IMG/VR virus record: IMGVR_UViG_2687453424_000001
Length of the DNA: 64,000 nt
Direction: 5' to 3' (one strand)
DNA from: a virus
Lineage: Duplodnaviria; Heunggongvirae; Uroviricota; Caudoviricetes
The notes under the pieces were generated by a model, which was not told the DNA's origin, searched no databases, and saw only the letters and a program-made list of their open reading frames with translations. Each line of letters begins with the position of its first letter. Positions within the stretch are counted from its first letter, which is position 1. Positions 11,601-24,897 of the stretch are shown piece by piece. Made by a program: the position numbers and the translations under genes.

Positions 11601-14600
11601 ATGTCACCATGCCAGTGATCCTTAAAAGTATCCTCAGGCTAAATCAGAAATGCGTGTACTCCATCTTTTAAGAATTGGAATGTTACATTCAGGTCATGCT
11701 CTTCTAACAACTTTGAGTTTTCGTTAGGCAATGATGTGTATTGACCATTTTCTTTTCTTAAAAAAAAAGGATTTATGTCAACCCAGGAATATAAATTATT
11801 TTATTTCCTCAGCTTCCTTGGTTAAGAAAAATGCTTAAATACTTGACAGGCTGGCAGGGTAGTGATTCAAAATTGACTAGAAACTGTGTCATTTAAGTAA
11901 AGCTTTTTAGTTACCTCTTGAGAGTTATGTAATGACTTCAGTTGTATGTCTTGTTGATTTTCTTAGTTGAGTTCTATTTGCAACTTTTAACAGGAATCTG
12001 ATTCAGAAAAGCCATCAAATGAGCATCAGTCAATGAGTTCCATTGGTAAAGACATCTCTGCTGATGTTCATCAGTCAGAAACATCTCAGAGTGTGTCATC
12101 CCTTTCTGTTCCTGAGGCTCAACAGAGCATGTCACTTTATTTTGCTCTGTGTACAAAGGTGTTACCCCTTCTTTTTTATTTTGAGTGCTTGATTCTTGAG
12201 ATTACTATTTTTGAGTGCCTGTTTCTTCATAATCCTCTCAAGGAATTAATATTTTGCTGTTATTATTCAACAGAAGCACTCTCTCTTTCGCCAAATATTT
12301 GTTATCTACAAGAGTGCATCAAAGGCAGTTAAGCAGGTTTGGTTAATGCATTTTGGAATCTTATTTTAGGAATTTATTAAAATCCTTGGTATTATTGCTT
12401 TGTTTTTCTTCTTATTAGTTGGGCAATGCAGGCAATCCATCGTCATATTCCCATACTAGTTCGTACCATGGGCTCGTCATCTGACCTCCTTGAAATTATT
12501 TCAGATCCTCCTAGTGGAAGTGAGAGTCTTCTTATGCAGGTTGTGAAAGTTAAGTAACCTATATAGTTTTCTGAGAACCAATCAGAAGTTCAAAAGTTCT
12601 CTAACTGTTTGCCTTTTCTGTTATCCACCTTCCCTCCCGTCATGCCAGGTTTTGCATACACTGACAGATGGGACAGTTCCTTCTGCAGAATTAATGTTCA
12701 CCATTAAGAAGTTATTTGATTCAAAACTAAAGGTACGAGTAAATTGTCTTTTGTTAAGAACCGGAATGCAGTGAGGATATTGGCTAATGCGCGGTTGATT
12801 CGGATTGGTGACAGGATGTTGAAATTCTAATTCCAGTATTGCCATTCCTACCAAGAGATGAGGTTTTTCTCCATTCTCTGATAATTTCCTTTCTCATTGT
12901 CTACGAGCATGGTTGTTTTGCAGAAGAATGTTGAGTTGTTCAACTGTCTCGTGTAAATGGATTATATCTGTGAGGAATGCGACTCTTGTCTGGACAAGAC
13001 AACATATTGCAATATAAGTTTCAAGTCCATGCTAAAAGGAGATCCTTGGTCCATTCATTTCTTATTTTGTGGGTAAATTAGTTATATTTTGAGTTAGAAA
13101 TGAAAAATAAAAAATGAAAAGTATGTGGATATTCAAGAAAAAAGGGATTTATAATGCTGACAGCACAATTCTTTTTTACTAGAATGTAAGGCTAAGCCAT
13201 ATTAAATACAGATGAAAGTTTGGGCTCAGGGATGCCCTCACTACAAAAGATTTCATGTCAAGACGATACATCACAGCTTATTGCTTTGATATCATAAACG
13301 AGTCTTAACCTTTGCTAGATTCCCTGTCCTTTACCCTCCTTTCATTAATTTAGAATCAACACAAAAATGCGATATTAGAGTTTAAAACATATGTTATTTA
13401 TGAGAAAGTGCATGGTAGTATAATATTGTCAGTATGGCAACTAGAAGTTGTTAATGGCATTAGCAGCAGTGGTTCCATTGTGTCTCTTCCATATATTTGA
13501 TTAAAAAATTTGGATAATATTGTTGTATATGTTGACTTTTGGTGAAGACAATTGTTTAAGGAAGAAAGCAAATTCTTGTTCATGCTCTTTCTTCATGCTT
13601 TTGAGAATTTCATTCTCAACAAATTTATTCTGTTCACTTTCTGCTTGATTATGCCTAGTTTAAATTTTTAATAAATAGCTTCCCCAACTTTCTCTTGTTT
13701 AAGAGGTGCTCTTTGAATGCATTGTATTGGTTTTCATTGGTGTTACCTTAACTTTCTCTGCTGCATTTGTTTTAATAGTTTGTGTTTTTAGGTTTTGCTG
13801 CTCTTTCCACATCTTGTAAATCTTCCGCTGGATAAGTTCCAAGCTGCACTTACCCGGTTGCTACAGGTATCTTTTTTGCCCCATGGCCTCTTACCCAAAA
13901 GTTAAATTCCTCTATTATAGCATTGTTTCTTCTAGCTGTCATTTCTAGGAATCTTAATGTATGGTTGCTTGCATTCTACAGCTGCATCTCTTTTTCATTT
14001 TGTAGCTTTCTAAATTCACTTATAAGGAAATATTTCACTAGGAATATTTTCAGTAGCATATGTAATAATATCATGCTGTATTGGCATTGTCCGTGTTATA
14101 TTTTGATCAGGAAAACACAACCTGCTCGTTTTTCAGCTGCATGTTCTGTTTCATTGCTAATTGGACTCTTTGTACCTAGGGATCTTCTCATTCTGCTCCA
14201 GCGCTCTCTCCAGCCGAAGTGTTAATCGCTATCCATGGTATTGATCCTGAAAGAGATGGAATTCCCTTAAAGAAGGTGTGTTTCCTCCTCAATCTAGACT
14301 CCCCACCCCCGCCTCCCCCTCTCCCCCTTTTTTTAAACTTCTTAATGTTTAGAAATTCACATCTCAGTAACATTTTTAAGCTGCAATCAGGTCACAGATG
14401 CATGTAATGCTTGTTTTGAGCAACGGCAGATATTCACCCAGCAAGTTCTTGCGAAGGTCTTAAATCAATTGGTATGTATTATACCACTTCTTTATGTTTT
14501 TATCACCAAAATTTACTAGTCTCTGGCTGAATTCACAGTTGATGATTGTTGTTTCCTATAGGTTGAGCAAATTCCTCTTCCTTTGTTGTTTATGCGTACA

Positions 14601-15669
14601 GTATTGCAAGCCATTGGTGCTTTTCCTGCACTGGTAAGGAAACACCATTTATCTTTGCTTACTTGAAGGGTACTATAGATAATTGTAGTTATTTATTGCA
14701 GAATTTAAAAAGCTTTCTAGGTAATTTATATTGTCTGCCAGGTAGCTTAGCAATGGCCAAAATGGTTTCATGTCCAATAATTATAGATTTATAGTTCAAT
14801 TTTTTTTTATTTAAAAAAAGGATACTCCACTGTCTTCTCTCTCATTTCATCTGAGGAAGAGGGTAAAACCTGTTTAAAGAATTTAACATGATTAGAAAAA
14901 ATATCCATGAGTCATTGATGACCGGATCACTCAAAATGTTGTAGGTGGACTTTATAATGGAGATCCTTTCTCGTCTTGTAAGCAAGCAGGTGACTACTTT
15001 TATCACAACAAGCTGAACCTTCTTTTCTTTAGGTTTCATGTTTATATGTCATTAAATTAATTGCTTATTGCAGATATGGAAGTATCCAAAGTTGTGGGTA
15101 GGATTTTTGAAATGTGCATTATTGACAAAGCCTCAATCTTTCAGCGTGTTGCTTCAGGTGCATGTTTCTTTTATTAACTATTTTAAAATGCATTTTTGAT
15201 CTCCGAATGTGAAGTTTGCATTTTAGAAGCAAAGCCTGTTCTTTCTGTTTGTAATTGTATGATTCTTGTCTTTCAGCTACCTCCACCGCAGCTGGAAAAT
15301 GCACTGAATAGAACTGCAGCACTCAAAGCTCCTTTGGTTGCTCATGCTAGCCAACAGAATATCCGAACTTCACTTCCAAGGTTCATATGAAGAATGATTT
15401 TTTTTCTCTGATTGGATATAAAAGTCTTCAATATCTACACTCTATGAATAGCTCCTTGTCTATTTCTGATCACCATCTCCCACTCCTCTTTCTTTATACT
15501 TTCGGCATTTGCCATTTCCAGGTCTATACTGGCAGTTTTGGGACTTTCTCTGGACTCTCAGAACTCTAGTCAGGCACAAACAAGTCAGGCTCACACCGGA
15601 GATACTAGTAACTCAGACAAGGATGCAGTGGCAGTGGAGAAATCTAAAGAATCATCTAGTGCTAGCTGA
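5622..15669 (+). CDS. Symplekin-like scaffold protein of the mRNA 3'-end processing machinery (gene span, 27 coding exons, about 1330 aa)
   Basis: Exons (phase-consistent throughout): 5622-5836, 5938-6097, 6407-6499, 6574-6679, 6792-6960, 7349-7523, 7945-8073, 8198-8767, 9130-9741, 9875-9943, 10325-10441, 10521-10766, 10857-10904, 10991-11128, 11994-12158, 12274-12336, 12432-12539, 12649-12732, 12815-12862, 13792-13866, 14180-14275, 14391-14471, 14562-14633, 14945-14989, 15074-15157, 15277-15380, 15522-15669 (stop TGA 15667-15669). C-terminal exons match the conserved symplekin block as I recall it from human symplekin ([12 protein letters not shown]; [10 protein letters not shown]; [20 protein letters not shown]; [47 protein letters not shown]). 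Acceptor choice at exon 8 (8198 vs 8207), exon 9 (9124 vs 9130) and the donor after exon 9 are uncertain. Confidence 0.9.
11462..11510 (+). other. G-rich tract with five or more G3-5 runs (potential G-quadruplex) inside a symplekin intron
   Basis: Reads ggagggctgggggtgttgggtgtggggaagggaaaggaaggaagagg in an otherwise AT-rich intron; coordinates approximate. Confidence 0.5.
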
Positions 15670-16090
15670 GGATCCAAAAACTCAATTTTGGAAAAGCATA
15701 ATCTGACATTGCTCTATAGCTGCCTGCCATGCATTGGATTCACAAGCTCCCAAGTCTGGACTTCCATGCAATAATGTATGCAAGAGGAATGGGAGTGTGG
15801 AAGGCGTAGAAGGCAGACAGTATTCTGTATCATAGCCTTTGATATCTGACACATTCTTATAAATGCCATTGGTAGAGAAGTGCTGGCTGCCTATGCTTAA
15901 AGTATTGATTCGGCAAGAATTTCAGAGATTTTTAGTGAACATGTACAACAGGTTTGATTGCAATTTTGATCAGTTGAAGTAATGCACATAAGGATTTGTA
16001 ACATTGCAAGGAGCTACATCTCAATGTATATACTTTGGTTCACTCCAATTTTTTTAGCATTTCTCATATCATCCTTTGGTGAATTAGCAT

Positions 16091-16110
16091 TCTCTCTCTC
16101 TCTCTCTCTC
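16091..16110. repeat. (TC)n dinucleotide microsatellite
   Basis: About 10 uninterrupted TC units between the symplekin 3' end and the DnaJ promoter; coordinates approximate. Confidence 0.85.
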
Positions 16111-17363
16111 TTAACGCTTATTAATTTAAAGTTGTACTTGTAATTACATTAACCATGACTGACCTCAAGCTGGTTTACAGCCTCTGATTAAGTGGAAAGT
16201 AATGCAGGCATATGCCTACCCCTTGCCTTTCACTCTGGTCGCGAAAGCTTACTCCATCTTTTCCTGGTGAGCGGATCAGTGACGCAATTTGTAGCCATCA
16301 GTGCAAAACCCAATCTGGTATGCTAACACCAGCCAACATTCTACTTCTCCAGGATCGAAAGGGGAGTGGAATCCGCTCTCAGCGGAACCCAGATGATAAT
16401 TATTGTCAAGTAAGAAACTCTCTATTGGTATTGCATCTATAGTTTAACTGATTGTTAATTAAAAAACAGGGTCTTGCATAACATTTCAGAATCCAATGAC
16501 AGCATGTATTCGTAGAATCTTACACAGGAATCAGATTGGCCTCAATTCTAGGAAAACTACCCCATCAAAACTAGTTTTTTTATCACCAGAAGTAACTAAA
16601 ATTCAACAGCCATGAGTGAGTATGACAGCCTACCTGATTATCATGTGGCTGTCTGGTGTGTCTACTAGATAATGGAAAAACATGGTATTCCCTTTTGGTC
16701 CAAGCAAAGAAACTGTTGTAAGTGTCGAGGGATTGTAATAAAAAAAGAAACCGACAAAGATAGATAGATAGATCCTTCACATGTTCCTAGCATTCCCTGT
16801 CGTTTCACATGGTGTCACTTAACCAAAAACTAGATTTAGCTTTGAACCGTATCCTAACATGTCCAAAGCGAATTCCAACCCACTGTTTGCTATCGAAAGA
16901 CATAACTTTTTAATCTGCAAAGACATGTTTCTGGAAAATTTGTACATTTCAATATTTGGCTTTTGAAAAAATTAAGAAATTTATTTGAAATGAATTTTTT
17001 TGGTATTAAAAAGTATTGAATAGTCATATCATAAAAAGAAAATTTTAAATTTTAATGTAAAATATATCAAAATAAAATTTGTTTGTCTTAATTTTTTGGG
17101 CCAACAACCTCGAAAATTAGTTTGGGCTAGAGAGAATAGAAATAAGCTTCTGACAAATTTGATAATGGGCCTAAGCCTAACCTTCTTTGCCTCTTAAGTT
17201 ACCACCTTACTCTCCCCCATCAATGGCTTTCCATATAATAAACTCAGGCGATTTATCTTGGTGGAGGAAAGAGTTGAAGTAGTGACAGAAAGAAAAGGAA
17301 AGAAAATTCAAAGAGAGAAAAGAAAAATCTTCCAGCAGCGGAAAGAGGAAAGGAATTGGAAGA

Positions 17364-19953
17364 ATGGGCGTTGATTATTACAAGATTCTTCAGGTCGACC
17401 GGAATGCAAAAGATGAAGATTTGAAGAAAGCTTATCGGAAACTGGCCATGAAGTGGCATCCCGATAAAAACCCTAAGAACAAGAAAGATGCCGAAGCCAA
17501 ATTTAAGCAAATCTCCGAGGCTTACGATGTAAATTTTATTTTATTTGATTTTTTTGGTTATTTATTTATTTTTTTAATGGAATTTTCAATTAATTGTAGG
17601 TTTTGAGTGATCCCCAAAAGCGTGCGGTTTATGATCAATACGGAGAAGAAGGATTAAAGGGCCACATGCCACCCCCGGGGGCGGGCGGGTTTCCCGGAGG
17701 GGCGGACGGGGGTCCGACGATGTTCCGGTTCAATACTCGGAGCCCCGATGATATTTTCTCGGAAATTTTCGGGTTTTCGAGTCCGTTTGGGGGGATGGGT
17801 GATATGGGCGGGTCACGTGCTGGGGCGTCGGGTTTCCCCAGGGGCATGTTTGGGGAAGATATTTTCGCCTCGTTGAGGGGCGGAGCTGGAGAGGGTTCTA
17901 CGACTATGCCCCGAAAAGGACCCGCTATTGAACGAACATTGCCTTGCAGCTTGGAGGATTTGTATAAAGGGACTACCAAGAAGATGAAGATTTCTAGAGA
18001 TGTTTCTGATGGTATCGGGTAATCTTTTATTTCTATTTTTTTCTTTTTAAAGTTAATTTAGTTGGGTAATGCTTAGTTTTGCTATTTTGATTTTACTAGT
18101 ATGTGGATAAGTGATTTTCAGCTGGATTTATCTGTAGATCTAAGTTCAATTTATTAGCTTTGAGCATAACTTATAATTTAATGTAGAACATCAATAATTG
18201 AATCCTGAAAGGTTTTTTAGGCATAAGACAAGGAATAATTAACATTTTCAAGCAGCGGATATCTTAGCTTGAGTCGCAAAAGATGTTTACAGAGGTTGCC
18301 GAGTTTGACTTTTTGCGAAAAATGGTACTTGTTAGGATAATATGATTCTATTATTTAAAATGATTGGTTGTTTCCCCAAGTGATGACAAAGTTGCATGAC
18401 AGTTAGATTTGATCCAAAAAGTTGTGATTGTTGAGATCTTATGAGCATTATTTTACATTGTTATTCAATTGAGTCTTTTCTGATCTGCGGTCTTAATGTT
18501 CGAGACAGATTTAGATTGGTCAGCATATTTCAGCAAACAAGCAACGCTATTAGAATAATAAACCAGAAATAAACCGGTCGTGTAAGTGTATATTTTGGAG
18601 AATCATAGCTAGGGGCATTTAACTCTGTTAGGCAAACATAATTTAAATTTTATTAGATTTTCTTATCTGGAAAGGAATCTTATGGGGATTTCTTTGCATG
18701 AAGGTATACTCTTTCTCTGTGTTTGATCCTTCTTCCTTATATAGCAAAAAGACTTTCTTTTTCATTCCTCTTTCTCTTTTTGTTTTTCGGTTTTGGTTCA
18801 CTGTCTTTTTAACTTATGGTCAGTTTTTTAATTTCCTGAGTAATAGAGATACTTCTATGGTATTATATAATCTGTTTTGATTATATGATTATTTCCTATT
18901 ATCCTCAACAAAGCTTCTTTCACAATTTGTTCTTTTTCCATAAAGATTAGATTGATCATGGAGATTATTTGTCCATCTATGTGTTTGTGACCAACTTTGG
19001 GAATTTCTTGATGCTTACTCAAGATTCATTTTTTAAGTTCTCTTTTTTTGTATTTTGCTTTATGCCAAATTTGTAAATTTGGCTTCAGCTGATGATAATT
19101 GCTGCATGTTGAAAATAATAGTGGCTTTGTGACGGTATGTCCCTGTCATCAGTTAGCCTTGCTGTTTTGCTTCAGTTTAACCAGATTATCCACAAGCTGG
19201 TAGTTTTTAGATCAGCACACTAGTTGGAATTTCCTAGAACACAACTTTATATCAGCTTAATTTACCATGTGAATTCAACTTGTCGAGTCCGAAATTTGCA
19301 TTCTACTGAATGCTTATATGCTTAAAACTGTGAGTGCTTACAATTTTGCACTTTGTATATTTATTAAGACTTACGTAGTTAAATTATGGCGAGAGAAGTT
19401 CCTAGTTCTAGCAATAATATGTAGTTTTGGGAAATCTTAAAACCGTGATCTTTTACAGTTAACTTTTTTATTCCTTTATTTTCAAGAAAATACTTTTTTA
19501 TCCCTTTACAGGAGACCTACTACAGTGGAGGAAATTCTTACTATTGAGATTAAGCCAGGGTGGAAAAAAGGTACAAAAATCACTTTTCCAGAGAAGGGAA
19601 ACGAGCAACGAGGGGTTATTCCTTCTGACCTTGTCTTCATCATTGACGAGAAGCCTCACGGTGTGTTCAAGAGGGATGGCAATGATCTTGTTGTTACTCA
19701 GAAGATATCTCTAGTGGAAGCTCTTACTGGTTATACAGCACAGCTGACAACGCTTGATGGACGGAATCTGACGGTCCCTATTAACAACGTCATTAGTCCA
19801 ACCTATGAAGAGGTTGTTAAAGGTGAGGGAATGCCCATTCCCAAGGAACCTTCTAAGAAAGGAAATTTGAGAATTAAATTCAGCATCAAGTTCCCTACCA
19901 AGCTTACGACAGAGCAGAAAACTGGCCTGAAGCGGTTAATGTCATCTCCCTAG
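17364..19953 (+). CDS. DnaJ/Hsp40 co-chaperone, class B (type II, DNAJB1-like), 3 exons, about 342 aa
   Basis: Exons 17364-17528, 17600-18018, 19512-19953, all anchored to ORF-track frames. J domain with [17 protein letters not shown] (HPD motif), GC-rich Gly/Phe-rich linker ([12 protein letters not shown]...FGGMGDMGG), no Cys-rich zinc-finger region, conserved C-terminal substrate-binding domain ([24 protein letters not shown]...). Confidence 0.93.
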
Positions 19954-21407
19954 GAAACGGTGGTAGCCCTCGCTACCATCAAGCCAACTTGTGTAAGTTA
20001 GCATTTTGTTTTTATTATTTTTTTTGGAAAGGAAATTTATGCGTTGCTGAACTGGGATTGCACAACAGTTATTTAGGAGTTCATAAATTATTTTCCATAT
20101 TTCCGTTTTCTCTGCCTGTTAAGACTTCTCTTAACCTTGTGGTAATTGGCCAGAGCTTATAGTCAAGGCCTGTTCTTAATTTGGCTCAACAATCTCCATC
20201 ATTTCCTTATACACAAGGCAGCATGCTTAAGGCATGCAAGTTGGACCAGAAATGGTATTTCCAGTGGCTCCTTGCTCTCACTGCACAGTAACACAGCATA
20301 TACTATGAATACAGTCGATTGGTTCGGTCTGCTCTCCATGCACAGTACACGGCTTTATCTGTCAGGTGCAGCATGCATCCTAGCAATAGAAACATTTGTT
20401 AGAACGGAATGCAGAAGGTCTAGATCAGAGCCGGCCATGCCCATGTGACTGACTCGAGAGAGCTTAACCCCCCCTTCCCACTTCTCCTTCAGTCATTATT
20501 TTAACACCATTTTCAAAGAGGTCGTCAGCTATGATCAAAGACTCCAACCCCATCTGACTTTTTTTGGGAACGCCATGACCGTTAGTTAACCAGCAGCAAC
20601 CAGTTTTGAGGGAGTTGTCAAAGAGTGGTTTTGAAAAAGAATGCTGCGTTTTGATACTGCCAGCATTAACCTACTAAGCAAGTTTAGTTCTACTCCTACA
20701 ACTATGATTGTTTTTACTAATCTAAAATAAAAAACTAATTGGAGGTTTTTTTAAATTAGTTTTCAACTTTTACAAATAAATTCTATAAAAAGGGCTTTTA
20801 CAAATAAATATATTATCTATTTTCTAAGATTATATTAAATTAAAAAAAAGAAGAAGCAGATTTCACTATACTTCTAATATATTTCAATTTTATTCATACC
20901 ATACGCTGTGAATTTTTATAATTTGTATTTTGTGAATATTTTTTTAATTATTACTCATAGGTTAATTTTTATTTAGTAAAATTATTAAAATATTTAATTT
21001 ATTTGTTTGAAAAATTTATGTGAAAAGGATTATAATAAAAGATAAAAAGATAAAAGATAAAAGTGAAATTTATCCAAAATAATAAAAATAGAAAAAGATA
21101 CTATTGTAGTTACGGTTTTACTATCTACAGTTCAAAGTGGCACGCTTCCAGTTATGCGGGACCCGATAAACAACCAGTGGGGAAGCGGCAAAGCATTAAA
21201 AAGAGCGGAGTGGCACTAGCAAAACTCTAGTCTCAAACTCTCCAATCCCATTCCCCCGTAAAGTAGTAGCGTTAAACTGAATTTGCTCTTCGCTGGCTCC
21301 CCTTTTGTACACGTTTACTCCAATACGTTCGTGTTGGATCCGTCCTCTGTCTGCCTTTGAATTCTTTCTACAAATCTCTTCGATTTCCATTTTCTTTGTA
21401 ATTGGCC

Positions 21408-23583
21408 ATGGAAATGGCTTCCGCTGCTCGAACCGTCGAGGAGATCTTCAAAGATTACTCTGCTAGAAGAACGGCCATCGTTCGTGCTTTAACATACGGT
21501 GAAATTTTATTTCCATTCTTTTTTCTCCTCTTTTTGGTTTTTTTCTGTTTCGATTTTTACGTCTTTGTAGCTGTTTAACGGTGCCGTTTTCTTTGTCTTT
21601 CTCTCAGATGTGGATGAATTTTATGGACTCTGCGATCCAGGTATTCTCTGATTGGAGATCCGAAAACCTCTTCTTTCTTTTTTTTTTTAAATTTTATTTT
21701 CAATTTTATTTCTATTTTTGCATGTAAATCCGAATTTCATAGTTTTATTTTATTTCATTTTTACATGCAATCAGATTTCGGTTCTTAATTGAATTTAGAA
21801 ATTATCGTTCCTCGTTTAATAATGAAGTTACTGAATTCCAGAATTGCAATTCCTTAGGAAATTCAAGTTGTCTGCTTTTATGCAGAAGAAGCTTTCCCTC
21901 TTAGTTTGGCAGAGATCAAACAGAGGTTTATATATAAAAAAAGGTTTTGTTCTTTGCTTTTTGTTTGGTCTCAGAAAAAGAGAATTTATGCCTGTATGGA
22001 CATCCGAATGAAAGCTGGGAAGTGACTCTGCCAGCAGAGGAAGTTCCACCAGAGCTTCCTGAGCCGGCACTTGGCATTAACTTTGCAAGAGATGGAATGA
22101 ATCGAAAAGATTGGTTGTCCTTGGTCGCGGTGCATAGTGATTCGTGGTTGATTTCTGTGGCTTTCTATCTCGGTGCGCGTCTTAACCGCAATGAAAGGTA
22201 CTGTCTTTTTCCTTCTGTTTTTGCTTCATGTGTAGAAGGATCATGTTGAAGCAGTTTTAAGTTCATTGAAAATCGGGTTGATTCATCAAGTTTCGTTTAG
22301 TTTCTTTTGTAAATTTTGGTATCAACTTTGATTATTATCAGGGAATGCTTCCCTTTGTTTTTCCCGGCGCAATATATTTGTTGGTCTAGTGGTGGTTCAG
22401 ACTTGAACTGTTTTTCTTCAGTTGGATGTTAGAAATGACTATGCAAGATTACCAATGCAAATACAGAAGTAGTGAATGCATCAGGCTTTTTCTTGTGGTG
22501 CTTGGCAGAGTAAAAACTTGATATATGCATATGCATAGGTCTCATGATATTGTGTTCGTATTTTGCTCGTTTATGGAATACATTTATAATTGTTTATTAT
22601 CATGTTTCATTCCAGGAAACGCCTATATAGCATGATGAATGATCTGCCCACTGTCTTTGAGGTTGTAACTGAAAGGAAGCCAGTTAAAGACAAACCAAGC
22701 ATGGATAGTGGGAGCAAATCCCGGGGCAGCACAAAGGTTAGACAGATCAAATCTATTGTGATTTTTATTATTATTTGAGCTTGGACAATTTAATCATAAA
22801 CTTTTACGCTTAGATTCTCTTCTATCACTGAGAAAGGGAGAAGGGGGGTGGTATGACTGAGGGAAACCTTTTTTTTTTTTGGAAAGTTAAGCATTTCATT
22901 ACTGAAACAGGGAATAAAAAGTTCTGTGGAACATTACAAAGGCAGCACCTAATTTTGGATTTTGTTATGGACATAACATAACAACCAGAAATCAAGGCCT
23001 CAGATACAGAAAAGCAGAACAGCAGCATCATCAACCCACAGACTCATCCTAATTTTTGTTCACAAAATCTATACACAAAAACGTATCAATATCATCATCA
23101 AACCCTGTACAACTATTGAAATATACTTGCTATCATAATGCTCAAGCCACCCCATCCATTAATCATGTAAAGTGCCCAGTTGTATCGTAATGAATGCACA
23201 GTTTGATATGATTAAGCCTGCAGAGCAGGCCTAATATTTCCTACACGAAAGAATGAATTTCTTGTACTTAACCTGTTCAGGTATTTTTTTTTTTTTTGTG
23301 TTAGTCACTGACTTGATTCTTTGCTTTATAGAGATCAATTGAAGGACAAGCCAAAAGCAATCCTAAGGTTGCGGATGAGATTTTTGAGGAAGATGAAGAT
23401 GAACACAGTGAAACACTCTGCGGCAGCTGCGGTGGAAATTACAATGCAGATGAGTTTTGGATTGGCTGTGATGTTTGTGAGAGGTGGTTCCATGGGAAGT
23501 GTGTGAAGATAACACCTGCTAAAGCTGAGAGCATTAAGCAATACAAATGCCCATCTTGCAGCTTGAAGAGGGGCAGGCAGTGA
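21408..23583 (+). CDS. Alfin-like PHD-finger protein, 5 exons, about 240 aa
   Basis: Exons 21408-21498, 21608-21640, 21975-22197, 22616-22736, 23332-23583. N-terminal Alfin/PAL domain ([10 protein letters not shown]...[53 protein letters not shown]...[13 protein letters not shown]) and C-terminal PHD finger ([47 protein letters not shown]). First two exon boundaries come from sequence counting; the rest are ORF-anchored. Confidence 0.92.
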
Positions 23584-24897
23584 CAGTCACTAAAATGACA
23601 AGAAGAGAACAGAGACACTTCAATGGCTGACAAAGTAGTATAGCAATATTCCTGCCTTTGGTAATGTAATGAAATTTTTCATCATGTCTGTTCATAATAG
23701 ATGCTTCGGAACAGATGGAAGTTCTACTTCTCCCAGATACCTTTGTTTAAATGTCAACTCATATGTTAGGATTTGTTTAACGTCTGAAAAATTTGTCAAT
23801 AACATTTGCCCATGTATGCTAGTCTTTGTCTTTTCTTCCTCCCACAAGGTGAAGGGTAAAATTCACTCAATACGGGACATTCTCAAATGATACCAGGTAG
23901 TGAAAAGATTAGATGACGCAAGGATGGATGGAAATCCTCTGCCCCGGTAATGTGACCTGTGTCACGGATTATGTTCTTTCGTCTAAGTATGCGATAGTCT
24001 GTGCGACACATGAGTGGAGGCTTCTACGTAAGTCAGTTAATACTCGGTTATATCTGTTTCAACAATAATAATAACAATAAATCAGACTAAGAAAATTTAC
24101 ATCAAAATTAAAAGGCATATCGAATGTCATATATGCAATCACTTAGTCATAATAAGAAAAAATATTTCGTTAATATGAAATTAATTACAAAGAGATCGAG
24201 ACATGCCATTGTCGGGTCACGAGGGCAGTCTGAGATGGATTGCTCATACTTTTACCAGTGAGGCAACCCAACAATCTGTCGATTGCTCACCTCTTATAAA
24301 GAGTTTACGAGATTTTACAAGTATTCTACCAATAACCATTACAATGTTTGAAATAAACATTCCTTTTTTAAAAGGTCTTTTTCTTTAAAAATTTAACAAG
24401 GATTTGTATCACCACGAGACATTACATTGTTTGAAAAAGGGATATTTTTCTTACATATACAAAAAGCTCAATCTAATAGACAACTCTACCCTGTTATAGT
24501 CTAGTACAAAGTTAGCTCGTGACACCCTGCCTCTTTGCCCCGTGAACAAGGGGATCGAACCAAGGTCATGTTCATGGTAAAATAGTTATTTTTTCTTTCT
24601 GTCTTTGGACCTTGGAGATCCTCGCCAAAAGAGTTTGAACAAGGAACAGAACCCTTTGAATGTGAATCAATTTGGACACTAGGAAACCTCAGCCAAATTC
24701 CGACAATTAGAAGACACAATAAGGACAGCTTAAGGCATCCATTAATCCTATCAATCAATTCTTAGTGCTTATCGCCACCTTAAAAATGTTTTCCTTCGTT
24801 TTCATCTGTTTTTGTCTCTCCGTCCCCCACCTCTCTATATTTCCCCTCCTACGACGGGGCGAATGCTTGTGCTACAATCGAGCCATTTCTCTCCACA

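Noticed and set aside
16268-16378. A 9-bp inverted repeat pair (gagcggatc ... gatccgctc) about 95 nt apart downstream of symplekin, possibly a structured RNA
   Set aside because: No C/D or H/ACA box arrangement or known snRNA similarity could be established by eye; likely 3' UTR or intergenic. Would need covariance-model search (Infernal/Rfam) to decide.
17635-17979. Minus-strand ORF of 114 aa antisense to DnaJ exon 2
   Set aside because: The Gly/Phe-rich linker is GC-rich, so its antisense strand is stop-poor by composition (Pro/Gly-rich translation); the sense frame is the one that splices in phase to the J domain and C-terminal domain.
24520-24565. tRNA-like string gggatcgaacc (reverse complement of a T-loop-like GGTTCGATCCC)
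   Set aside because: I could not fold a convincing cloverleaf around it (no complementary T-stem or acceptor stem), so this looks like a chance match.
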